A stretch of DNA of 64,000 nt, taken from IMG/VR virus record IMGVR_UViG_2636416187_000004, positions 1 to 64,000 of that record; one strand, 5' to 3'. The translations under genes were made by a program, and so were the position numbers. Shown here one piece after another: positions 16,880 to 26,326 of this stretch. The notes beneath the pieces are model-generated. The model saw only the letters and a program-made list of their open reading frames with translations. It did not search any database and had not been told where the DNA came from. Every line of letters starts with the position of its first letter. The stretch's first letter is position 1. The DNA comes from a virus. Its lineage: Duplodnaviria > Caudoviricetes.

Positions 16880-17018
16880 GAATGGGTCTCGCCGATTTCA
16901 TGCGCCTTCGTTGTGGCACGTCACAGCCCATAGGGGGAGGGTCAAAAGTTCGGGATTTCCGCATATAGGACCGCCCTCGACCCTCTTTACGCAAAAAGCC
17001 AGAATTGGAGAGTTTTTT

Positions 17019-17477
17019 TTGAAGGGAAGAACCCCCGCACCGACGACCCAGAAAAAGGTCACCGGCACATTGCGTGCCAGTCGGGAAAACAAGCGGGAGC
17101 CTCAGCTCGCAGTGGCATCGTACCAGTCGCCGCCGTCAACGATGACGGCCGATGGTCAGGCAGTGTGGAAAATATTCTGCCCTCTCGCTACGTCCATGGG
17201 CGTGCTCACCGAAGCCGATCTTCAAACTCTCGAGCGCCTGTGTGAAGTTGCCGCCGAGGTTCGACGCTTAACCAAAGTTATTTCCGAAGAGGGCCACACC
17301 TACTCGACCGAAGCCGGGCTGATTAAAGCGCACCCGGCGGTGGCGATGGCGGCTGACGCCGACCGCCGGCTGCTCTCTTACCTTACCCATTTCGGCATGA
17401 CACCCGCCGCCCGATCCAAGGTCCAGGCCATTGGCGAACTTCAAGAAAAAGACCCTGAAGACGAGTTCTTCAATTGA
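17019..17477 (+). CDS. terS: Terminase small subunit (P27-like)
   Basis: KAHPAV, FGMTPAARSK motifs; TTG start after GGAG inferred. Confidence 0.85.
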   Translation: MKGRTPAPTTQKKVTGTLRASRENKREPQLAVASYQSPPSTMTADGQAVWKIFCPLATSMGVLTEADLQTLERLCEVAAEVRRLTKVISEEGHTYSTEAGLIKAHPAVAMAADADRRLLSYLTHFGMTPAARSKVQAIGELQEKDPEDEFFN

Positions 17478-19227
17478 GGTCAAGAAGGTTTCCTATGCGG
17501 TCGACCCAGTAACGGCCTGGGCTCAGGAGGTTTACTCCGGCAAGGTGTTGGCCGGTCCAGATATTCGAAACGCCTGTGGTCGACACTTGCGGGACCTTGA
17601 AGACGGGCCGAAACGCGGGCTGACCTGGGATCTCGAAAAAGCCAACCGGGCTATCCGCTATTTCAAGACAGTGCTGAAGCTCAACGGCGGTGAGCACGAA
17701 GGTTTGCCATTCGTTTTGCTGCCTTGGCAGGCGTTCATCGTTGGATCTATCTTCGGCTGGATGGCGCCGGATGGCTTCCGCCGCTTCCGCACTGTTTACA
17801 TTGAATCGGGCAAAGGTTCAGGCAAGTCGCCGCTAGCGGCCGGGATCGGCCTCTACTGCATGACCTCCGACGGCGAACCTCGCGCCGAGGTGTACGCTGC
17901 CGCGACGAAGCGTGATCAGGCAATGATCCTGTTCCGCGATGCGGTGGCGATGGTCGATCAATCGCCGTCGCTGAAGAAGAAAATCAAGAAGTCAGGTCGC
18001 GATGAAAAGGTCTGGAACTTGGCCTACCTGGCGACCGGCTCGTTCTTTCGCCCTATCAGTTCCGACGATGGGCAGTCTGGGCCGCGGCCTCACTGCGCAC
18101 TGATCGACGAAGTTCACGAACACAAGAATAACAAGACCGTCGAGTTCATGCGGGCGGGCACCAAGGGCCGGCGCCAAGCGCTGATCCTGATGATCACCAA
18201 CAGCGGGCATGACCGAAACTCTGTTTGCTACAGCTACCACCAGCTCGGTGTGAACGTCTGCGCGGCTGGCGCCAAAGGTGTGACAAAGAGGCACCGTCAT
18301 TTCAACGACGGTTTCTTTGCCTTCATCTGTTCGTTGGATAAGGGCGACGATCCGTTCAAGGATGAGAAGTGCTGGGGCAAGGCAAACCCATCGCTGGGCC
18401 ATACCTTCCAACCGAAGTATCTGCGCGAGCAGGTGACCGATGCGAAGGGGATGCCAGCCAAGGCGAGCACTGTCCGGCGCCTGAACTTCTGCCAGTGGGT
18501 GGATGCTGCAAATCCATGGGTCGACATCGACACCTGGCTGTCGTGTTGCACGAAGTTCGATCCCGAGAAGCTGGCTGGTCAGGTTTGCTATGCAGGTCTC
18601 GACCTTTCAGGTAAGCGCGACCTTACGGCGCTGAACCTGTATTTCCCAGAGCAGGGCAAGTCTATCGCGGAGTTCTGGACCCCAAAGGACACGCTGCTTG
18701 ATCGCGCCGCGATTGACGGCGTGCCTTATGACATCTGGCTTGAGGATGGACACATCCACGCGCCGCCAGGTAAGGCAATCAACTACGCCTTTGTCGCCAA
18801 GCGGCTGGGCGAACTCGCCGCAAAGTTCGAAATAAAGGCGTTGGCGTTTGACCCGTACCACATGACCTATCTGGAGGTAGAGCTTGAGGCTCAGGGCATC
18901 GAGTTGAATCTGGTGCCGCACGGCCAGGGCTTTCGCCCGGCGCGCGAGTCGAATCTGTGGATGACTCACTCCATTGATCTGGTCGAGGACTTGATCCTCA
19001 CCGGGCAAATCCAAGTGCTGCCAAACCCATGCCTTACCTGGAACGTCGCTTCCGCTGTGATGGAGGCCGACGCCCAGGAAAACAGAATCTTTTCCAAGCG
19101 CAAAAAGACCGGTCGGATTGACGGGGCTGTCGCTATGGCTATGGCCGTGGGAGCAGCAAGCGCGACAGAGAAGGTTGCTGAAAGCCTTTCTGACCACATT
19201 ACAAAACACGGAATTAGAACCCTATGA
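17431..19227 (+). CDS. terL: Terminase large subunit
   Basis: GKGSGKS Walker A, LIDEVHEH Walker B, GLDLS and RIDGAVA nuclease motifs. Confidence 0.95.
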   Translation: MANFKKKTLKTSSSIEVKKVSYAVDPVTAWAQEVYSGKVLAGPDIRNACGRHLRDLEDGPKRGLTWDLEKANRAIRYFKTVLKLNGGEHEGLPFVLLPWQAFIVGSIFGWMAPDGFRRFRTVYIESGKGSGKSPLAAGIGLYCMTSDGEPRAEVYAAATKRDQAMILFRDAVAMVDQSPSLKKKIKKSGRDEKVWNLAYLATGSFFRPISSDDGQSGPRPHCALIDEVHEHKNNKTVEFMRAGTKGRRQALILMITNSGHDRNSVCYSYHQLGVNVCAAGAKGVTKRHRHFNDGFFAFICSLDKGDDPFKDEKCWGKANPSLGHTFQPKYLREQVTDAKGMPAKASTVRRLNFCQWVDAANPWVDIDTWLSCCTKFDPEKLAGQVCYAGLDLSGKRDLTALNLYFPEQGKSIAEFWTPKDTLLDRAAIDGVPYDIWLEDGHIHAPPGKAINYAFVAKRLGELAAKFEIKALAFDPYHMTYLEVELEAQGIELNLVPHGQGFRPARESNLWMTHSIDLVEDLILTGQIQVLPNPCLTWNVASAVMEADAQENRIFSKRKKTGRIDGAVAMAMAVGAASATEKVAESLSDHITKHGIRTL

Positions 19228-19415
19228 CCGATGAAATCAAGCCGCCAAAGCTGGAGATGCTGAAAGAGGCTGCCCCCGATCTCGTCGGCGTCCTTGGTTT
19301 GGCTTTGCTGACGCGCGGTCTTTGGGCGTGGATGGGTGAACCGCTGGCTTTGACCGTCTGCGGTTTCTTGCTGATCGTCTTGTCGGTTGTCTCAATACTG
19401 CGGGGTGGTCGCTGA
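19224..19415 (+). CDS. Small two-TM protein
   Basis: Coupled between terL and portal; two hydrophobic helices. Confidence 0.6.
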   Translation: MTDEIKPPKLEMLKEAAPDLVGVLGLALLTRGLWAWMGEPLALTVCGFLLIVLSVVSILRGGR

Positions 19416-20626
19416 TGCTCCGCGCACTGCTTGGAAGAAAGTCCGGGCCACAGGTAATCGATACACCAGAGAAACTTGCCCAGGCGCTGGGGGCCGGCTA
19501 CGAAAGCAATGCTGGTCAGCGGGTGACTACAACCAGCGCTATGCAGCAGCTGGTCGTATTCAACTGCGTGCGAGTTCTGGCCGAATCGATGGGAATGTTG
19601 CCTTGCAGGCTTTTGAAACAGACCGGCCGGGTTCGACTGCCGGCAACGGCGCATCGCCTCTATCCGCTGATCACCATGGCCCCCAACAGCTACATGACTG
19701 CCCAGGAATTCTGGGAAATGCTGGTGGCGTGCCTGTGTCTTCGTGGCAATTTCTACGCCTACAAAGTGAAGGCGCTGGGGAGTGTGGTTGAGCTTCTGCC
19801 GCTTAACCCGGACATCGTCACCCCAAAGCTCAAGGACGACTGGACAGTTGAGTACACCGTCAATTTCAAGTCGGGCACGAAGACGCTGACTCAAGATGAG
19901 ATCTGGCATGTGCGATTGTTTACGCTGGACGGTCTCAACGGACTGAATCCCATCGCTTACGCTCGCCAAGCGCTGGGTCTTGGCCAGGCGATGGATGCTC
20001 ATGCTGCCAAGCTCTTCACCAACGGAGCGGTCACGAGCGGTGTTCTGCGCACAGAACAGGCGCTCACCGATGAAGCTTTCGGTCGTCTCAAGACGGAGTT
20101 CCAAGGCGAGCACATGGGGGTGGCCAACGCCTATAAACCCATGATTCTGGAGATGGGGCTGGACTGGAAACCAATCAGCCTCAACGCCCAAGACACCCAG
20201 TTCATCGAGTCAAAAAAATTGACCGAGTCGCAGATCTGCGGCCTGTTCCGTGTGCCGCCACACCTGGTGGCCAGCATGGAAAAGATGACGCTCAACAACA
20301 TCGAGCACATGGGCATGAGCTTCGTGAACTACTCGCTGGTTCCGATCATGACCCGCATCGAGCACCGCATTCAGGTCGGCCTGCTGAACGAAAAGGACCG
20401 CTTGACGCATTACGCCAAGTTCAACGCCGGAGCGCTGATGCGCGGCGATCTGAAGGGCCGATACGAATCCTACGGCAAGGGTATTCAGTGGGGGATCTTG
20501 AGCCCCAACGACTGCCGCGAGCTGGAGGACAAAAACCCCCGAGAGGGCGGCGACATCTACCTCACCCCAATGAACATGACTACCAAACCAGAGGCTGCCG
20601 ACGATGCAGACAAAACAGCGTCTTGA
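19415..20626 (+). CDS. Portal protein, HK97 family
   Basis: ICGLFRVPPHLV, GILSPNDCRELE motifs; position. Confidence 0.93.
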   Translation: MLRALLGRKSGPQVIDTPEKLAQALGAGYESNAGQRVTTTSAMQQLVVFNCVRVLAESMGMLPCRLLKQTGRVRLPATAHRLYPLITMAPNSYMTAQEFWEMLVACLCLRGNFYAYKVKALGSVVELLPLNPDIVTPKLKDDWTVEYTVNFKSGTKTLTQDEIWHVRLFTLDGLNGLNPIAYARQALGLGQAMDAHAAKLFTNGAVTSGVLRTEQALTDEAFGRLKTEFQGEHMGVANAYKPMILEMGLDWKPISLNAQDTQFIESKKLTESQICGLFRVPPHLVASMEKMTLNNIEHMGMSFVNYSLVPIMTRIEHRIQVGLLNEKDRLTHYAKFNAGALMRGDLKGRYESYGKGIQWGILSPNDCRELEDKNPREGGDIYLTPMNMTTKPEAADDADKTAS

Positions 20627-21257
20627 CGTGCCGCTGACCCTTAAGTCGGTCGGTGACAACGGAGAGTTCGAAGGTTATGGCTCCGTGTTTGGCGTCGAGG
20701 ACAGCTACGGCGACGTAGTGATTCGCGGTGCATTCGCGGCCAGCCTGGCCAAGTGGAAAGAGAAGGGTCGCCTGCCGGCCATGCTCTGGCAGCACCAGAT
20801 GAGCGAGCCGATCGGCATCTACACAGAGATGCGCGAAGACGACACCGGGTTACTCGTCAAAGGCCGCCTGCTGATTGATGACGATCCGCTGGCCAAGCGT
20901 GCTCACGGGCACATGAAGGCTGGAAGCCTGACTGGCTTGTCCATCGGCTACATGCTCGACGATTACGAATACGACAAGGAAAAGGGCATCTGGCTGCTGA
21001 AGGCGATCGACCTATGGGAAGTCTCCCCGGTCACCTTTCCAGCCAACGACGAAGCCCGGATCACTGATGTGAAATCTCTGCTGGCTCGCGGCGAAACACC
21101 GCCGCCCAGCAAAGTGGAGCGAGCCCTTCGAGAGGTTGGGTTTTCTGGCTCCCAGGCCAAGGCCTTTATGGCCAAGGGCTACGGCGCAGTTTCACCGCGA
21201 GAGGCGGATGCCGACGAAGCAATGCAATCACTCAAATCACTATTGACCCGCATCTAA
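20604..21257 (+). CDS. Prohead protease, HK97 family
   Basis: FEGYGSVF, MLWQH, GLSIGY, LWEVSPVTFPAN. Confidence 0.93.
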   Translation: MQTKQRLDVPLTLKSVGDNGEFEGYGSVFGVEDSYGDVVIRGAFAASLAKWKEKGRLPAMLWQHQMSEPIGIYTEMREDDTGLLVKGRLLIDDDPLAKRAHGHMKAGSLTGLSIGYMLDDYEYDKEKGIWLLKAIDLWEVSPVTFPANDEARITDVKSLLARGETPPPSKVERALREVGFSGSQAKAFMAKGYGAVSPREADADEAMQSLKSLLTRI

Positions 21258-21267
21258 GGAGCCTCTC

Positions 21268-22473
21268 ATGGCTGTTGAAAAGAAAGATATCGAAGACGTC
21301 GCCGAAGCCCTGGGCAAGAAGTTCGACGAGTTCAAAAAGACCAATGACAAGCGCATCGATGGCTTGGAAGAAGAAAAGGGCAAGCTGTCTGGCCAGGTCG
21401 ATACGCTCAACGAAAAGTTGAGCGAATTGGATGCGCTGAAGAGTGATCTTGAAAAAGAACTGCTGGCCCTCAAACGTCCAGACGGCACCGGCACCAAGGC
21501 GGCCAGCGAGCATAAAACCGCCTTTATGCAGTTCGTGCGCAAGGGTATCGAGACCGGCCTGGGCGAACTGCAGGCGAAGGCACTGCAGGTCGGCGTTGAT
21601 GCCGATGGCGGCTTCGCGGTTCCGGAAGAGCTGGACCGCAGCATCATTGAGCTGTTGCGCGATACCTCGCCGATGCGCCAGGTGTGCAACCAAATCACTG
21701 TTGGCAGCCCCGACTACAAGCGTTTGGTGAACCTTGGCGGCAACGGCGCAGGCTGGGTGGGTGAAACCGATCCGCGTCCTGCAACCAACACTCCAAAGCT
21801 CGGCAACATCTCTGCGTTTATGGGTGAGCTGTACGCCAACCCACAAGCCACTCAGACCAGCCTTGACGACATCTTCTTCGATGCTGAGGGTTGGTTGAAT
21901 GGTGAGGTCGCCCGCGACTTCGCCGAGAAGGAAGGCAATGCTTTCCTGAAAGGTGATGGCGTCAACAAGCCGAAAGGTCTGCTGGCGTACGGCCTGGATG
22001 TGAAGGACGACGACGCTCGCGCCTTCGGTGTTTTGCAAAAGCTGTTGAGCGGCACCGCCGGTGCGATCACTGGTGACAGCCTGATCAATCTGATTCACGC
22101 CCTCAAAGCGGGCTACCGCGCCAATGGCACCTGGATGATGGGCAACCTGACCGTTGCCTACGTCCGCAAGCTGAAGGACAGCGAGGGCAACTATCTGTGG
22201 CGCCCTGGCCTGGAAGCGGGCGCACCCTCGGTCCTGCTGGGTTACGGCATCACTGAAAACGAAGACATGCCAGATGTTGCGGCTGACGCCAATGCCATCG
22301 CATTCGGCGACTTCAAGCGCGCTTACACCGTGGTGGATCGCATCGGTACCCGCGTGCTGCGTGACCCGTACACCAACAAGCCGTTCGTTGGCTTCTACAC
22401 CACCAAGCGCGTCGGCGGCATGCTGGTCGACTCCCAGGCTGTGAAGATTCTCACCCTGAGCGCCGCTGCCTGA
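21268..22473 (+). CDS. Major capsid protein, HK97 family
   Basis: Coiled-coil delta domain, DGGFAVPEE, GDGVNKPKG, AFGDF. Confidence 0.95.
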   Translation: MAVEKKDIEDVAEALGKKFDEFKKTNDKRIDGLEEEKGKLSGQVDTLNEKLSELDALKSDLEKELLALKRPDGTGTKAASEHKTAFMQFVRKGIETGLGELQAKALQVGVDADGGFAVPEELDRSIIELLRDTSPMRQVCNQITVGSPDYKRLVNLGGNGAGWVGETDPRPATNTPKLGNISAFMGELYANPQATQTSLDDIFFDAEGWLNGEVARDFAEKEGNAFLKGDGVNKPKGLLAYGLDVKDDDARAFGVLQKLLSGTAGAITGDSLINLIHALKAGYRANGTWMMGNLTVAYVRKLKDSEGNYLWRPGLEAGAPSVLLGYGITENEDMPDVAADANAIAFGDFKRAYTVVDRIGTRVLRDPYTNKPFVGFYTTKRVGGMLVDSQAVKILTLSAAA

Positions 22474-22514
22474 CTGGGCGGGTGCCTACGGGCGCCCAGC
22501 CTTCTGGAGGATTT

Positions 22515-22928
22515 ATGCCGATCATTATTGTGAAAAAACCGTTCCCATTCTCTGCAGATGGCAATCATGTAGTTGAGGTTGCGGTCGGTGAGCAGGATGT
22601 CTCGGAGCGATGTGCTCTGGTGGCGGTCGAGCACCTGGGTGTGGCGTCCTACGCTAATCAACTGGACGCAAATGGTCTGAAGTTGGATGGTCCGACCATT
22701 GCTGAGTTTGTCGCCGCCGGCTACCTAGCGGTGAATTACCCGCCAGAGGGTTATGCGTCGCGCAGCTCGCAGGAAGAAATCGACGCGGCGATCGAGGCGC
22801 AGAAAGAAACTGACCCGCTCAAGATGAAGGTATCTGAGCTGAAGGCGTGGCTCATCGGTAAGGGGATTGAGTTCGATCCCTCCGCCAACAAAGAGGCGCT
22901 TCAGGCATTGGTGCCAAAGGGTGATTGA
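22515..22928 (+). CDS. Head-associated protein with C-terminal HeH/SAP-like motif
   Basis: GGAGG SD; MKVSELKAWL...ANKEALQAL. Confidence 0.6.
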   Translation: MPIIIVKKPFPFSADGNHVVEVAVGEQDVSERCALVAVEHLGVASYANQLDANGLKLDGPTIAEFVAAGYLAVNYPPEGYASRSSQEEIDAAIEAQKETDPLKMKVSELKAWLIGKGIEFDPSANKEALQALVPKGD

Positions 22929-23238
22929 TCTTTCCATCGTCAAGGTTCACTTACGGGTCGACCATGACGATGAGGATGCGCTGATTGAGGGCTACAGGGA
23001 TGCGGCCCTCAGCGCTTTCGAGACCTGGACCAATCGCACACTTGTCGATCCGGAGGTGGCGTTGCCAGATCCGGTCGGCAATGCGCTGTTGATGACGAAG
23101 GCAATCCAACAAGGGGCGCTTTTACTGATCGGCCACTGGTACAGCAATCGCGAGACGGTGGTGATCGGAACGATCACTGCTGAGTTGCCCATGGCAACCA
23201 ATGCGCTCTGGAAGCCTCACCGATGGGTGAATGTATGA
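22921..23238 (+). CDS. Head-tail connector (gp6-like)
   Basis: VKVHLRVD, LLLIGHWYSNRE. Confidence 0.85.
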   Translation: MIDLSIVKVHLRVDHDDEDALIEGYRDAALSAFETWTNRTLVDPEVALPDPVGNALLMTKAIQQGALLLIGHWYSNRETVVIGTITAELPMATNALWKPHRWVNV

Positions 23239-23567
23239 GAGCCGGTCCAATGCGTCACCGGTGCACCATGTTCAAGCCGGTGCTGACTAAGAACAAATCT
23301 GGCGGCTTCGATACCAGCTGGACGGAAGTCGGCCAGCTTTGGTGTGAGATCACGCTGCCGACTGGGCGCGTATCTCCCGTTGCCGAGCAACTGAGAGTGG
23401 TGGTGACTGCCGAGATTCGTATCCGGCCAAGGGCCGATGCTGTCGCCGGCAACCGTCTTGTGAACACGGAAAAAGGAATCACCACCACCTACCTGATCGG
23501 CGCCCCGCTGATCGACAACGAGCACAGCATGCTCCGGCTGCTTTGCTCAACCGTTTCCAACCCTTGA
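23235..23567 (+). CDS. Head closure / head-tail adaptor
   Basis: MRAGPMRHR start; position. Confidence 0.8.
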   Translation: MRAGPMRHRCTMFKPVLTKNKSGGFDTSWTEVGQLWCEITLPTGRVSPVAEQLRVVVTAEIRIRPRADAVAGNRLVNTEKGITTTYLIGAPLIDNEHSMLRLLCSTVSNP

Positions 23568-23577
23568 GGGTGAATTT

Positions 23578-23748
23578 ATGAGAGTTATTGCACTGGGCGC
23601 CTTGTCTGGCGCAACTGGCGATCGGGAAAAGGGCGAGGAATTTACGGTCGACGCCAAGCTGGGCGCTGACCTGATCTCGCGCGGCCTGGTAGAGCCGGTC
23701 ACCGAGCCCGCCCCGAACACTGAAAAGGCTCCCAAGGCCAAGGAGTAG
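23578..23748 (+). CDS. 56-aa virion-region protein (absent from the ORF track)
   Basis: GAGG SD; MRVIALGALSG...LISRGLVE fills the gap exactly. Confidence 0.6.
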   Translation: MRVIALGALSGATGDREKGEEFTVDAKLGADLISRGLVEPVTEPAPNTEKAPKAKE

Positions 23749-23751
23749 GCC

Positions 23752-24330
23752 ATGGCCGCTCGCCGATCCCGCATGTCGGGCGACTTCAAGTTACGCCGGA
23801 CGCTGCGCAACATCCACGCAACGATGGATAACGAACTGGTCGGCGTGATGAAGGAAAGCGCTGACCAGATACTGGCAACGATGAGGCAGCTGATACCGAA
23901 GGACACGGGCGCCGCCTCGGCCGCATTGAAGGTGTTCGTGTCAAAGAGCGGCCTCAACGCAGAGATCGGCATCCGGGGGAAGCGAGACACCCAGCGATTC
24001 TTCTATTTGCGTTTTTTGGAGTACGGGACGAAGGGGTACAGCGGCACCCTGTATCGGCGAGCAGACCGAAACGCCGTGGGCGGTGAGCACACCGTCAACC
24101 GTGACAAGTCCAAGCTGTCTGGACGACGCAACGCGCTGCGCGCCCGTGACACGAAGAACAAGTCAGATGGAACCACATTCTACGGCAAGTACCCGGATAT
24201 CCCGGCCCGGCCGGCTCATCCATGGTTGCGGCCGGCCAAGGACGTGAACCGCGAATTCGTTCTGGCCAATATCCGCGAAGCGGTGGCCGGGACGCTGCGC
24301 AAGGCCAGCATGGGAGCAAGCGATGAGTGA
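23752..24330 (+). CDS. HK97 gp10-like tail component
   Basis: PKDTG, FLEYGT, PAHPWLRPA. Confidence 0.8.
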   Translation: MAARRSRMSGDFKLRRTLRNIHATMDNELVGVMKESADQILATMRQLIPKDTGAASAALKVFVSKSGLNAEIGIRGKRDTQRFFYLRFLEYGTKGYSGTLYRRADRNAVGGEHTVNRDKSKLSGRRNALRARDTKNKSDGTTFYGKYPDIPARPAHPWLRPAKDVNREFVLANIREAVAGTLRKASMGASDE

Positions 24331-24709
24331 TCCTTCTGTTGCGTTGCAGGAAGCGCTGTTCGCCCGGCTTGAGGCCGAGGTCACGTGTCCGATCTACGAC
24401 GGCGCGCCCATGGATACGGATATGCCTTATGTCTCGATTGACCGGGAGATCTCCACCAACATCACGCCGATTGCCGGCAGGAAGCGCGAGCAGCGCCTGA
24501 TCTACCTTTCGGTCTGGTCGGATGCTCACGGCCAGGCCGAGGTGAAGCGCATCCTCGGCGAGGTTGTAGCAGCCCTTGATGAGCGCCGCTTGCCGTTGAC
24601 CGTCGGCCGCGCTGTATCGGTCCGGGTCGAACAAGCTGACGCCCAGCGTGATGCCGATGGCGTCACGTACCAGGGATCGATCACGGTCCGCGTTATCACC
24701 ACCCACTAA
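24323..24709 (+). CDS. Tail completion/terminator protein (DUF3168-like)
   Basis: ALQEALFARL..IYD..P..PYVSI; position. Confidence 0.75.
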   Translation: MSDPSVALQEALFARLEAEVTCPIYDGAPMDTDMPYVSIDREISTNITPIAGRKREQRLIYLSVWSDAHGQAEVKRILGEVVAALDERRLPLTVGRAVSVRVEQADAQRDADGVTYQGSITVRVITTH

Positions 24710-24764
24710 ACCCCAACCCCGGCCGCACCGCGGCTTTATCCAATGTGCCTTTGGAGGAACCCCC

Positions 24765-25262
24765 ATGGCCGAAGACAACCTCAACACCGCCGCCGGCTGC
24801 CGGATCGGCATCGGTAGCAAGAACGGTGCTGATACCGAAGCGCTCTACAAGGCAGACACCTACGTCGATATCGGCGAGGTGGAAGACCTGGGCGAGTTCG
24901 GCGATACGTTCAGCTCCGTGACCTTCACCTCTCTGCGCGATGGCCGCGTGCGCAAGTACAAGGGCACCGCTGACGCCGGCGACCTGACCCTGACCGTAGG
25001 TCTGGACAACGGCGATCTGGGCCAGGCGAAGCTGAAGGTCGCGCACAAGGACCGCAGCAAGGGCGACTACAACATCAAGATCACCCTGAACGATGGCGAT
25101 CCGGATGCTATCCCGGCGCTCCTGCCGACCACGTTCTACCTGCGCGGCAAGGTGATGAACAACACAGTCGCCGCCGGCGCCGCTGACAACGTGGTTCGCC
25201 GCAACGTCACGATCGGCATCAACTCCGACATCCTGGAAATTCTCCCGGCTGCCGCCGCCTAA
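24765..25262 (+). CDS. Major tail tube protein
   Basis: IGEVEDLGEFGD...RKYKGTADAG; GGAGG SD. Confidence 0.8.
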   Translation: MAEDNLNTAAGCRIGIGSKNGADTEALYKADTYVDIGEVEDLGEFGDTFSSVTFTSLRDGRVRKYKGTADAGDLTLTVGLDNGDLGQAKLKVAHKDRSKGDYNIKITLNDGDPDAIPALLPTTFYLRGKVMNNTVAAGAADNVVRRNVTIGINSDILEILPAAAA

Positions 25263-25301
25263 CCTGCGGGGCTTCGGCCCCGAAACCCAAGGATTCGCGA
25301 T

Positions 25302-25631
25302 ATGAGCAAAACCCTTTACGGTACCGTCGAGATCAAGCTTGGCGACGAGACTTACACCCTGACCCCAACGCTCGGTGCCGTGCGTGCGATTGAAGCTCAC
25401 TTCGGCGGGCTGCGCGGCGCGTCCCAAGCGCTCAACGCGCTGAGCATCGACGGTTGCGCGGTGATCATCGCCGGCGGCGCAGGCCTGAAAGGCAAAGCTG
25501 CAGAGGCTGTCGCTGAGCAAGTTTGGCAGACCGGCGTGCTGGAAGTGTCGGTGCAGCTGAACGCCTACCTGGTGGCGCTGTACAACCCGAAAGGCCCCGA
25601 CGCGGGAAAGGAAAAGCCGGCGGCGGCGTGA
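25302..25631 (+). CDS. Tail assembly chaperone (gpG analog)
   Basis: Between tube and tape measure; in-frame G GGA AAG slippery site at 25604-25610. Confidence 0.8.
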   Translation: MSKTLYGTVEIKLGDETYTLTPTLGAVRAIEAHFGGLRGASQALNALSIDGCAVIIAGGAGLKGKAAEAVAEQVWQTGVLEVSVQLNAYLVALYNPKGPDAGKEKPAAA

Positions 25632-25885
25632 GTGCTGTCGAAGACGGCAGCTACGTCGACCGGCTTTACGCGGTGGCCACGGGCTGGCTTGGTTGGCCTC
25701 CCGACGCGGCCTGGCATACACCGATGCCTGAGCTCTTTCTGGCGATGGACGCCAAGATCGAGTGGGCAAAGATGACCAACCCCTTCGGCTGTGGCAAGGC
25801 GAAACCCAAGGAGGGCAGGCCATCACCTTCCACTGTTGCTGACAAGCTCCGGCAGGCGCTGACGGGGCGGCAGGTTGTTCAGTGA
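25610..25885 (+). CDS. gpT analog, -1 frameshift extension of the chaperone
   Basis: Open -1 frame; LGWPPDAAWHTPMPEL motif. Confidence 0.7.
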   Translation, partial: GKAGGGVSAVEDGSYVDRLYAVATGWLGWPPDAAWHTPMPELFLAMDAKIEWAKMTNPFGCGKAKPKEGRPSPSTVADKLRQALTGRQVVQ

Positions 25886-25931
25886 TTTTTGATATGCTCC
25901 GTTTTTCTAAAGAATGAATGGAGCGTCGCGC

Positions 25932-26279
25932 ATGAAACGGAGTGTCTTTCTAACTATCCCGTTGATCTTTAGTTCTGCTGTTTGTTTTGCGGGCGGAAAG
26001 CCTGCCACGGCGTCTGACATTGCAGGTATTAAAGAGGCAATGGAGGATCGCCTGAAAGATTCCGACAGTGCCAAAATAAAGGATGTGCGCCTAACTGGCG
26101 ATGAAAAGTCAGGCTGGCAATTCTGCGGTAGCGTGAACGCTAAAAATTCTTATGGCGCTTATTCTGGATTCACTCCATTTATGGGGATGAAGCTGAAAGG
26201 AACCGATGGGAAGATCTCCTATGTCGTTTTAGGAGTTGATGATTCAGTAGAGCAAGTCTGTAGGAAATACGGACTTTGA
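25932..26279 (+). CDS. Moron: exported protein with LKDxDSAK/NSYGAY domain
   Basis: Signal peptide, low GC, own terminator at 26289-26310. Confidence 0.75.
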   Translation: MKRSVFLTIPLIFSSAVCFAGGKPATASDIAGIKEAMEDRLKDSDSAKIKDVRLTGDEKSGWQFCGSVNAKNSYGAYSGFTPFMGMKLKGTDGKISYVVLGVDDSVEQVCRKYGL

Positions 26280-26326
26280 ACTTGTAAGACCCGCTCCGGC
26301 GGGTTTTTTATTGCCCGGAGAAAAGT

